A stretch of 64,000 nucleotides of DNA from a virus: IMG/VR virus record IMGVR_UViG_3300027733_000033; one strand, written 5' to 3'. Shown here one piece after another: positions 55,416-62,981 of the stretch. The notes beneath the pieces were generated by a model, which saw only the letters and a list, made by a program, of their open reading frames with translations, was not told where the DNA came from and searched no databases. How positions within the stretch are numbered: position 1 is the stretch's first letter; each line of letters opens with the position of its first letter. The position numbers were made by a program, and so were the translations under genes.

Positions 55416-56035
55416 CCGCAATAGATCCCACCTATCTCTATATCAAACAACATTCCATAACCGGCTTAAAGTATTTTGGGAAAACAATAAAAGACCCATA
55501 CACATACAATGGCTCAGGCAAATACTGGTGTAACCACATCAAAGTCCACGGTAAAGAACACATCGTTACTCTTTGGGTTTCGGAACCTTACACAGACACA
55601 TCTATCGCTGAATTCGCCTTAAAGTTTTCTGCAGAAAACGATATTGTCAATTCTAAAAAATGGGCTAATCTGATGCCAGAAAATGGGTTAGATGGCGGAA
55701 GTGTGAAACATACAAACGAAACCAAAGCCAAAATGTCTGTCTCACAAAAAGGCAGAACTCACACAGAAGAAGCTAAAGCCAAAATGTCTGTCTCACAAAA
55801 AGGCAGAAAATGTAGCACATGTTCAGATAAAACTAAAGCCAAACTATCTGATGGTAATTTTTTAGGTAAAGCACACACAGAAGAATCTAAAGCTAAAATG
55901 CGTAAGCCTAAATCAGAAGAAACAAAGGCTAAAATGCGTAAACCGAAAAAACAAATAACATGTCCACATTGCGGTAAAACTGGTGGAGTGAGTGCAATGA
56001 AACAATGGCATTTTGACAACTGCAAATTAAAGTAA
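55394..56035 (+). CDS. Seg-like GIY-YIG homing endonuclease with NUMOD3-like repeats and Zn ribbon
   Basis: YLYIKQH..YFGKT; HTEE.KAKM repeats; CPHCGK...WHFDNC. Confidence 0.88.
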   Translation: MTSTSIYTAIDPTYLYIKQHSITGLKYFGKTIKDPYTYNGSGKYWCNHIKVHGKEHIVTLWVSEPYTDTSIAEFALKFSAENDIVNSKKWANLMPENGLDGGSVKHTNETKAKMSVSQKGRTHTEEAKAKMSVSQKGRKCSTCSDKTKAKLSDGNFLGKAHTEESKAKMRKPKSEETKAKMRKPKKQITCPHCGKTGGVSAMKQWHFDNCKLK

Positions 56036-56097
56036 AAAAAAAGTTCACAGCCAATTAAAACTGTGAACCTTTAAAATTAGTGATTATTGTTTATCCA

Positions 56098-56406
56098 TTA
56101 AACAATAATTTTACCATTTGAAACCAGCTGAATTGCTCCAGGATGAAACAATTTTGTATATTCATCTGCAAGTTTAGAATCTGGTTCAGCTTCAGCCGCA
56201 ACCGCAGATTTTTTAATTTTCACTTTGCCGTCAACAGCGAACGCAATAAACGGCGCGATTTGTACGCCAGATTGACCATCTGGGTTTGTGCCGATACTTA
56301 CATACGCAGGGTATGAAGTCACATATTCAAATTCATCCTCAGATTCCAAACGGGTTAAAACGTCTTCACCGGTTGTTAATTTTAGAGCAATTACAGTTGT
56401 AGTCAT
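56098..56406 (-). CDS. Conserved T4-like small protein (Sm-like pattern)
   Basis: LKLTTGEDVL...; directly downstream of hsp20. Confidence 0.65.
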   Translation of the reverse strand: MTTTVIALKLTTGEDVLTRLESEDEFEYVTSYPAYVSIGTNPDGQSGVQIAPFIAFAVDGKVKIKKSAVAAEAEPDSKLADEYTKLFHPGAIQLVSNGKIIV

Positions 56407-56411
56407 ATAGT

Positions 56412-56828
56412 TTATTTCGCTTCAGTTAATAATTGAGGATTAGATTTGGTATTAATCAGAATTTGTTTTGGTTTTAAACTTTCTGGGATAACTTTGTTAA
56501 TATAGATACTTAGTAAACCATTATTCATATCAGCGCCTTTGACTACAGAATCAACGTCTAGCGTAAAGCTACGACTAAATGATTTTGAGCTAATACCCTT
56601 ATGAAAATATTTTGATTCAGCTGCATCAGTTTTAACAGAATAAGAAACTGTTAAAACCTGTTTTTCTAGCAAGATTGAAATATCATCTTCCGATAAGCCG
56701 GCAAGCGCTATTTCTACAATGGTATTAAAATCGTCCACATATTTAATATTGTATGGTGGATAATTAACCTTTTCCTGTCTAGCGATTTGGTTTTGTATTT
56801 CTTTTAATACTAAAATTGGATGTGTCAT
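56412..56828 (-). CDS. hsp20: Small heat-shock protein (Hsp20/IbpA family)
   Basis: YPPYNI, EIALAG, HKGIS..SF.RSF.L, A.M.NGLL.I and IPE..KP..I.I. Confidence 0.93.
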   Translation of the reverse strand: MTHPILVLKEIQNQIARQEKVNYPPYNIKYVDDFNTIVEIALAGLSEDDISILLEKQVLTVSYSVKTDAAESKYFHKGISSKSFSRSFTLDVDSVVKGADMNNGLLSIYINKVIPESLKPKQILINTKSNPQLLTEAK

Positions 56829-56976
56829 ATAAAATCTCCTTTATAAAAAGCAAGAATTGTGTTCCTAATGGCAACACAGGTTAAAAGTGGCTCAACTTAT
56901 CGTATTGAGGATGGTAGTTTCTATTGCTACACGGTCAGTTCCGTTGACGTAGAACTGTCCTACAAACCTATTTAGT
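56829..56976 (-). promoter_or_regulatory. hsp20 5' leader: late promoter, several hairpins and a ROSE-type RNA thermometer
   Basis: ACTAAATA at 56969-56976; TCTTGCT...AGGAGA SD pairing with a bulged G. Confidence 0.7.
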
Positions 56977-56997
56977 AACGTTTTACCGCCTACTATT

Positions 56998-57167
56998 TTA
57001 GCAATTCCATTTCTTTAAGGCTAATGCCTTTCTTGTTGGTTTGCCATTTTTATCTTTCATTGGTCCGGATACGCCACTCATTCTGGCACAAAAGCTTTTG
57101 CGTCTTTTTGCTGCTTATCTCTCCAGCATTTAAAACTAAGAGGGTTCTTTTTTTCGTTTAATTCCAT
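56998..57167 (-). pseudogene. Disrupted small basic phage gene
   Basis: C-terminal AAKRRKSFCARMSGVSGPMKDKNGKPTRKALALKKWNC* is out of frame with the upstream ATG and preceded by TAA. Confidence 0.55.
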
Positions 57168-57238
57168 AAATTTTCCTTTAATCATCTATAGAATTATTTA
57201 GGGTATGATAGCGAAAAGTAAGAACCAACGCAGGTATT

Positions 57239-57312
57239 TGGAGCCGGTACACAGAATCAAACTGTGATCTAAAGATTACAAGTCAATTGTATTATCATTA
57301 TACTATACCGGC
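57239..57312 (-). tRNA. tRNA-Thr(UGU), degenerate anticodon stem
   Basis: Acceptor GCCGGTA/TACCGGC with TCCA end; T arm CACAG-TTTGATT-CTGTG; anticodon loop CTTGTAA with a mismatched stem. Confidence 0.6.
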
Positions 57313-57318
57313 GTTATT

Positions 57319-57393
57319 TGGCTCCATCTCACGAAATCGAATCGCTCTCACACGGATTAACAGTTCGGTCGCACACCTTGTGCGTTAGATGGA
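57319..57393 (-). tRNA. tRNA-Asn(GUU), atypical
   Basis: TCCATCT/AGATGGA with GCCA end; loop CTGTTAA; mismatches in the anticodon and T stems. Confidence 0.65.
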
Positions 57394-57399
57394 ATAATT

Positions 57400-57475
57400 T
57401 GGTCTCCCTGCGTCGATTTGAACGACGGACAATGCGCCCCAAACGCATCATGTTACCAGACTACACTACAGAGAG
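57400..57475 (-). tRNA. tRNA-Pro(UGG)
   Basis: Full cloverleaf, ATGCG-TTTGGGG-CGCAT, ACCA end. Confidence 0.9.
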
Positions 57476-57480
57476 AATAT

Positions 57481-57585
57481 TCAGTTTGGTTATTTCAGTT
57501 TTTAACGTGGGACTAACCTATCACCACAATACAACATCAGTTTGGTTATTTCGGTTTTTAACGCGGAGCTAACCTACTGCCGCAA
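57481..57585 (-). ncRNA. Tandem 49-nt structured RNA units (putative H-type pseudoknots)
   Basis: Two copies (57537-57585 and 57481-57529) with three compensatory base-pair changes; late promoter TTAAATA at 57589-57595. Confidence 0.7.
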
Positions 57586-57604
57586 CATTATTTAATATAA
57601 AAAT

Positions 57605-57680
57605 TGGAGCCACTGAAAGGAATCGAACCCTCAACCCCCTGATTACAAGTCAGGTGCTCTACCAATTGAGCTACAGTGGC
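57605..57680 (-). tRNA. tRNA-Thr(UGU)
   Basis: Canonical cloverleaf, CCTGA-CTTGTAA-TCAGG, TCCA end. Confidence 0.95.
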
Positions 57681-57697
57681 GTTTAAAACTTATTAGG

Positions 57698-57771
57698 GGT
57701 GACTAGTGGGACTCGAACCCACAAAATCTCGAATCACAATCGAGGACGTCTACCAATTCCGTCATAGTCAC
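57698..57771 (-). tRNA. tRNA-His(GUG)
   Basis: CTCGA-TTGTGAT-TCGAG; C73 discriminator; CCA not fully encoded. Confidence 0.9.
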
Positions 57772-57791
57772 ACCTAATAAGTCTTTGTAAT

Positions 57792-57875
57792 TGGTGGAGA
57801 TCCCTGGATTCGAACCAGGTGCCCTTTGGGCACGGATTTACAGTCCGCTGCAGTCGCCTATGCCGCTCGACCTCC
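57792..57875 (-). tRNA. tRNA-Tyr(GUA)
   Basis: GCGGA-CTGTAAA-TCCGT, long variable arm, ACCA end. Confidence 0.93.
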
Positions 57876-57913
57876 AAATATTTTTTAAAAAAGTAAAGGT
57901 TTAAAACTATTTG

Positions 57914-57985
57914 TGCCCTCGCCAGGATTCGAACCTGGAACCAAATTCTTATGAGGAATACGCTCTGCCGTTGAGCTAAAAGGGC
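57914..57985 (-). tRNA. tRNA with CAU anticodon (Met or Ile2)
   Basis: TATTC-CTCATAA-GAATT; CCAGG-TTCGAAT-CCTGG; CCA not encoded. Confidence 0.85.
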
Positions 57986-57994
57986 AAATTTTTT

Positions 57995-58300
57995 AGATAG
58001 TCACCGGTACTGAACCTCCGGCATTACTGTTCTATTGGGCAGTCAACCTATTCTCTTGCGTATCAACCTACGCATTAACTATCAAGTCATAAGTATTTAA
58101 CGGAGTTACATGTGCTGCCTAGTATGACCACAAACCCGACTAGAATGTAATACTTATGCTTCATAATGTTTGTCTTTCCAAACTGTCAGTTCTTTTTTGT
58201 GCTTTAAGGCTTTCCGCAGAACATACATTTGCCACTTTTAATTGGTAGTGCTTCCAATTTTGATAGTAACCCCGATCCAAACCGAATAGGCTACCAAAAC
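57995..58300 (-). ncRNA. Chain of structured non-tRNA RNA modules leading the tRNA operon
   Basis: No ORF of 60 aa or more in the track. Closing stems GATAGTTA/TGACTATC, CATAAGTATT/AATACTTATG, GTTCT/AGAAC plus GTTTG/CAAAC, AATTGG/CCAATT and TTTTGGTAG/CTATCAAAA; early promoter at 58324-58352. Confidence 0.6.
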
Positions 58301-58359
58301 TCTTTAACTCAAACTACAGGTATATTATAATTTATTTACACAATAAAGTAAAGTTTTAT

Positions 58360-58605
58360 TTAAAGAGCAGCAATCGCCGCTACTTCACCCACTTCTGTCA
58401 AAACCGCGATAGTTTCCGCGCTACCAGCAACTTCAGCTACAGTACCAGCGGCGGCAACAGTTCCTTCTACAGCGGCTGTACCAGTTGATACAATAGCATC
58501 ATAAGCAGTTTTAGCCGCTACACCGGTAGCAATATCAACCACGCCATTACCAACTGCCTCAGCTTCATGTTTAACAGCGTGACCGATTTTAGAAAAAATA
58601 TTCAT
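58360..58605 (-). CDS. Ala/Val/Gly-rich small protein
   Basis: ORF. Confidence 0.6.
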   Translation of the reverse strand: MNIFSKIGHAVKHEAEAVGNGVVDIATGVAAKTAYDAIVSTGTAAVEGTVAAAGTVAEVAGSAETIAVLTEVGEVAAIAAL

Positions 58606-58609
58606 GATG

Positions 58610-58963
58610 TTATCTCAAATTGTTTAGCTTATACAAAGTTTCGTTGTTCAAAGATTGTAAAGTATCTATAATGTTCTGAATTTCAGTTTCAGAACCACAA
58701 TCAGCACGATTAGCATCTACCCAAGAACGTAAGGTAGAAACCAATTGGACTGCATCACTAGGGTTATTAACAACAGGATAATCATTAATAATCCCATTTC
58801 TCCCTTGATGATTTTCCGCAAGCGAATCCGCAATGTCAATAACTGCATTATAGAACTCCTCCAGCGCCTTGTGCTGAGAAAAACTTGTTGTTTGTAAATG
58901 TGCGATATGTGCTTTATTTCTAGCATCAAACAATAAAGCAATTAGCTGTGGCATTTTATTCAT
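58610..58963 (-). CDS. Ferritin/Dps-like four-helix protein
   Basis: AHIAHLQT.SFSQHKAL.EFY....D.LAE..QG...IQNI.D......LYKL. Confidence 0.75.
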   Translation of the reverse strand: MNKMPQLIALLFDARNKAHIAHLQTTSFSQHKALEEFYNAVIDIADSLAENHQGRNGIINDYPVVNNPSDAVQLVSTLRSWVDANRADCGSETEIQNIIDTLQSLNNETLYKLNNLR

Positions 58964-58985
58964 TGTAATATATATTCCATTTTAT

Positions 58986-59168
58986 TTATTCTTCAGTTGC
59001 TTCAGCTTGTTCTTCTTGAGCCGCCGCTAATTCTGCGGCTTCTACTTGAGGACGACCCTGATTTTGAATTTTAGTGATAATTTCACTAACATCACGATAA
59101 GGTTCTTCAGAAAGCATTTCAAGGATAAAATTCACTTCTTCAACAGGTAATTCTAATGTAATCAGCAT
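58986..59168 (-). CDS. Small acidic phage protein
   Basis: LELPVEEVNFILE.L...PY..V..II.KI..Q. Confidence 0.65.
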   Translation of the reverse strand: MLITLELPVEEVNFILEMLSEEPYRDVSEIITKIQNQGRPQVEAAELAAAQEEQAEATEE

Positions 59169-59185
59169 ATAGTCATTCCAAAAGG

Positions 59186-59575
59186 TTAAGATTTGTTGTT
59201 TCCCAAATTGTATTTTGGGCATAGTTCCCAGTCAGATTTCTCTTGAAAAGAAAGAATCTTTATGGTATTTAGTGAGCAAGTTTCAAGGTCAACTTTATTG
59301 ACAATTTCTAGTAAACCCCAATCGTTCAATAATTTGGCAATTGTGTTCCTGCGTTTAATATCATCATCTGATATAGAGGTAGGCTTATTATCAAGTTCAA
59401 ACAATTGTTTAAAATGCACCAGATAATATTTACCCTGTTTATGTAATATATGAGCAGTCTGGTAAAGTTTCTTTTCTTGTTTAGAAGCAATACCGATACG
59501 GCTTAATGTTTCACGAACCTTTAAAAAATCATCAGGCTGTTTTAATGTGATTTCTAATAAATCATACTTTTCCAT
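59186..59575 (-). CDS. regA: RegA translational repressor
   Basis: PDDFLKVRETLSRIGIAS...LYQTAHILHKQGKYY.VHFK.LF...RRNTIA.LL.DWGL. Confidence 0.96.
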   Translation of the reverse strand: MEKYDLLEITLKQPDDFLKVRETLSRIGIASKQEKKLYQTAHILHKQGKYYLVHFKQLFELDNKPTSISDDDIKRRNTIAKLLNDWGLLEIVNKVDLETCSLNTIKILSFQEKSDWELCPKYNLGNNKS

Positions 59576-59960
59576 GTTTTTGTTTCCCACCCGTACCCAT
59601 TTGTTCTCTGACAGTATCAATTTGACTTTCAGTTAATAAGGTAAGAGCCAACGCTCCTTTTTCTTTGCTGTAATTAAAATAATCGCACACCAAATTCAAA
59701 TCATCTGAACTATCGGCTTTCTTGACCCATTTAGAAAATCGTTTTTTCTTTTTAATAGACGCCAGTAAAAAATCATTTGCCATATCTTTTGGTAGATTAG
59801 GATAACGGTTCATTTCGTTAGCCTGTAACACCGTGTCGACATAATAAGATAAACCCCTGTTAATGATAAAAGGTGTATATTCTTTAACAGATTGTTCATC
59901 AACAAGTAAATTTTCTTTCGTGAAGTTTATAGCTGTTAAGTAATCAAACAATTTTGCCAT
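59562..59960 (-). CDS. gp62: Clamp loader small subunit
   Basis: LFDYL.AIN, Y.PFIINRGLS..DT...ANEMN, KKKRFSKW.K and YS.EK. Confidence 0.92.
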   Translation of the reverse strand: MAKLFDYLTAINFTKENLLVDEQSVKEYTPFIINRGLSYYVDTVLQANEMNRYPNLPKDMANDFLLASIKKKKRFSKWVKKADSSDDLNLVCDYFNYSKEKGALALTLLTESQIDTVREQMGTGGKQKHGKV

Positions 59961-60007
59961 AGTGTATCCCATAATATAAATGTGACATCATTATTATTTA
60001 TAAGTTT

Positions 60008-60259
60008 TTATTCTTGGTCAATAATATAGATAATGTAATCTGGAAACGAATCTTTCAAATACTGAATTAAAGTGTTATAATCATCGCTTTTACCCAGATA
60101 CTTTGAAGTCTTATTTTCATAGGCGAAAAATAGGTCGTCATGTTTTTCTATTTTAACGTAAATAGATTTCGCACCATCAAACTTAAGAGTGCGCCCGTAT
60201 AACATACCTAGAAAAAAAGAAGCCGCCATTAAACAAACAGTAGAGATTAATTGAATCAT
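60008..60259 (-). CDS. Small membrane-anchored protein
   Basis: N-terminal transmembrane segment. Confidence 0.6.
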   Translation of the reverse strand: MIQLISTVCLMAASFFLGMLYGRTLKFDGAKSIYVKIEKHDDLFFAYENKTSKYLGKSDDYNTLIQYLKDSFPDYIIYIIDQE

Positions 60260-60371
60260 AATTTATGTAATGTCTCAAAAGGATGGAAAATAAATTTAAT
60301 TATTTGTTCAGCTGTGTACCATATACCGGTTAAAACGTTTATGATACAGCTAATAATTACAGCTAATGTAT

Positions 60372-61322
60372 TCATTTGAAATTTACACTGGACATAATTT
60401 CAGTAAGCGCCGCCATAATATTTAACTCTTGATCGGCAACAAAAGCAGATTTATATGAATAGTCTGCCATAATTAAAATCAACTGAGGAACAGAATTAGG
60501 CTCAACCAAAGTCGATGAATAATCATAAAAATGTCTGAATAACTCTACGCAATCAACATCATTCATACCTACCCATTTTCTAACTTCAGTAAAGTTTTTT
60601 TCTTTTATATAGCCGATTAATGCTTTATAAGAATCATCACTAAAGTTAGACAATATACCAGAATCAATTTTACCTGATACAGAATAACGCTGTAATTCAT
60701 TAAGAACTCTACGGTAGTCTGGGAAGAATTTAGTAATAACCTCAGCTACCACCTTTGGGTCGTATTCAACTTTTTCTTCAACAAGAATAGCACATGCTCT
60801 TTTAAAGAATTTAGCCGCTAACTCTTGTTTCTCACTTTTTTCAATAGTGAAGTTCAAAGCCGTACATCTTGAATGAATAGGTGCAATCAACTTTTGAGGA
60901 AAATTACAAGTAAGAATAAATCTACAATTAGCACTGAAAGTTTCAATAAAACCACGCAATGCTGGCTGAAAAGAATTAGCGTTTAAGCCGTCAGCTTCAT
61001 CAAGAATAACAACTTTAGTGCCACCGCCAAATGATACAGTAGAAGCAAATGATTGGATTTTACTTCTAAGAACATCAATACCAGACTCCATAGATGCGTT
61101 AATGAATAAAACGTCAGCATCTAATTCATTACAAAGCGCAAATGCTGCTGTAGTTTTACCAGTACCCGCGCCGCCTGAAAATAACATATTAGGAATCTCG
61201 CCTTGTTTTACGATATCTTTTAATGTTTGTTTCATTCGTTCAGGTAAAATACAATCCTCAATTTTAGATGGACGGTATTTTTCAACGTACAAAAATTCTT
61301 CTGGTTTTGCTATCAAACTCAT
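60372..61322 (-). CDS. gp44: Clamp loader large subunit (AAA+)
   Basis: VEKYRP, GGAGTGKTT, ILDEAD, FILTCN, IHSRC and FPDYRR. Confidence 0.96.
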   Translation of the reverse strand: MSLIAKPEEFLYVEKYRPSKIEDCILPERMKQTLKDIVKQGEIPNMLFSGGAGTGKTTAAFALCNELDADVLFINASMESGIDVLRSKIQSFASTVSFGGGTKVVILDEADGLNANSFQPALRGFIETFSANCRFILTCNFPQKLIAPIHSRCTALNFTIEKSEKQELAAKFFKRACAILVEEKVEYDPKVVAEVITKFFPDYRRVLNELQRYSVSGKIDSGILSNFSDDSYKALIGYIKEKNFTEVRKWVGMNDVDCVELFRHFYDYSSTLVEPNSVPQLILIMADYSYKSAFVADQELNIMAALTEIMSSVNFK

Positions 61323-61392
61323 AAGTGTATCCTCAATAATATCATAATAAACAATTGAAGCTGATTATCGGCTCAGCTTCAAGCCGGCTATC

Positions 61393-62052
61393 TTACTCGA
61401 ATGAAGAATCTGACTCAACGGCAAGGAAATACACGGTATCTTTGGTTTTATGTTTAAATCTTGAAATCTTTTTAGTCGAGATAGATACGGTATAATCGCC
61501 GTGTACTAATTTTAACAAACCAATTTTTAGGTAAACTTTAAATGTGGTAGAAGTGGAACCAACTTCAACTTCATACACGTTAGACGAATCAACCTTTTTA
61601 TCGCCGACTCGGATAACAATCTTATTGCCATCGCCAATTAAGGCTAAGTCTTGCGCTTTCAATACCGATGCTGTACGATTAATCATATCAAGCATACTGT
61701 CGGTTAACTCAAACTCAATATCTGCATCAGGAAATTTAATTTCTTTAGTCGGTACGGTTAAAACGTTTTCAGCCGCTGAGTAATATTTAATGGAGTTATT
61801 GCCCTCAGCAATAGTGACATATTTATCGTTAAATGTCAACTCAGGATCGTTAAACAAAGAAACAGCACCCAAGAATTCTGAAATATCGTAGATGCCAAAA
61901 GTGGTATCAAATGATTCAGCAATAGCACTATCAGCCATAATGTTTTTTTGTACTGAAACCGTAGAAAGTTTGTTTCCAGGTTTTAGCATCACATTAGGAT
62001 TAATAGACGCAAAGTTTTTTAGAATTGCTTGGGTTTCTTTTGACAATTTCAT
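61393..62052 (-). CDS. gp45: Sliding clamp
   Basis: MKLSKET..ILKNFASIN...FGIYD..EFL; upstream of gp44. Confidence 0.95.
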   Translation of the reverse strand: MKLSKETQAILKNFASINPNVMLKPGNKLSTVSVQKNIMADSAIAESFDTTFGIYDISEFLGAVSLFNDPELTFNDKYVTIAEGNNSIKYYSAAENVLTVPTKEIKFPDADIEFELTDSMLDMINRTASVLKAQDLALIGDGNKIVIRVGDKKVDSSNVYEVEVGSTSTTFKVYLKIGLLKLVHGDYTVSISTKKISRFKHKTKDTVYFLAVESDSSFE

Positions 62053-62113
62053 AATGTTCCTTAATAATGTAAATAAAAATATATAGTAAATGATTTTGCG
62101 TCAAAAGTAAAAT

Positions 62114-62302
62114 TCACTTTTGAATACACTGTAATGTATACGAACCTGAAATATCGCTGAACATGCTAGCAAGAATAGTCTTTTCAATTTTTAAGGCGTT
62201 TTCACATGTTAATGCGTTATTTAATTCAGTTGACGTAATTTTTAAGTCATAGCCGCCGTCTATATGAGTCATAGTTGTAATCAATAATATAAATGTTTTC
62301 AA
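62114..62302 (-). CDS. Small exported protein
   Basis: Hydrophobic N-terminus and two Cys. Confidence 0.5.
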   Translation of the reverse strand: MKTFILLITTMTHIDGGYDLKITSTELNNALTCENALKIEKTILASMFSDISGSYTLQCIQK

Positions 62303-62526
62303 AATTTCACCTTGAAGTCCAGTTTGTTGCGGGTTAAAAACTCAATCGCTTTTTCGTATGTAGCATCATCTTCAGCATTAACTTCAAACAGGTCGTCGTA
62401 AACGATACCTTCTAAGTTATCAGAAACATCACCCTCAACACGTAAAACAATTTTATAGGGTTGACGAATAGCTTCTAGCGTAAGGTTTTTGTTGTTATTT
62501 ATAACAGAAAGCGTAATAAGGCTCAT
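62299..62526 (-). CDS. Hypothetical protein
   Basis: ORF. Confidence 0.55.
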   Translation of the reverse strand: MSLITLSVINNNKNLTLEAIRQPYKIVLRVEGDVSDNLEGIVYDDLFEVNAEDDATYEKAIEFLTRNKLDFKVKF

Positions 62527-62780
62527 ATTATCTCCCCATTGGATTAGTGTTAACAACACGGATTCTATCGCCGTAATGGATTTTTCTATATGTATAGAAT
62601 TTATCGCGTTTTATGTCAATCCTAACTTTACGGTTCAAATGCTCTCTTGATTTACGCATTGGAGTAATAATCGAAAACAATTCGTCTTTCTCGCTAATCA
62701 TGGTATCACCTCAAAAATTAATAATAAATTTAAACTACAATAGCAATTATACTCTGTTTTTATAAAAAGTAAAGCTTTTT

Positions 62781-62981
62781 TTAATAATCTGCGCTAATAT
62801 AAACCCGTTCACTTTGTTCTGACGTTTCAACATGTAAACAGTATCCAACAGGAATAATCATATCGTCAATCAAAACATCGTCACCTCTACGGTAAACCAT
62901 AGACCCATGTTTACAGTGGTCGTGAATTAAATCTGATAAAGCTTTGAAGTTTTTACCGGTATATCTTACTGAGGATTTCAT
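62781..62981 (-). CDS. Hypothetical protein
   Basis: ORF. Confidence 0.55.
   Translation of the reverse strand: MKSSVRYTGKNFKALSDLIHDHCKHGSMVYRRGDDVLIDDMIIPVGYCLHVETSEQSERVYISADY

Noticed and set aside
57481-57585. Tandem RNA as a theta/HDV, pistol, fluoride or canonical preQ1 RNA
   Set aside because: It lacks the HDV nested double pseudoknot at a tRNA 3' end, the pistol P2/P3 core, and the fluoride or preQ1 consensus nucleotides. It is kept as an unknown motif.
58170-58230. CUGACAG...GAAA as a hammerhead ribozyme
   Set aside because: The core would need CUGANGA with a properly placed stem II and NUH site; the sequence does not fit.
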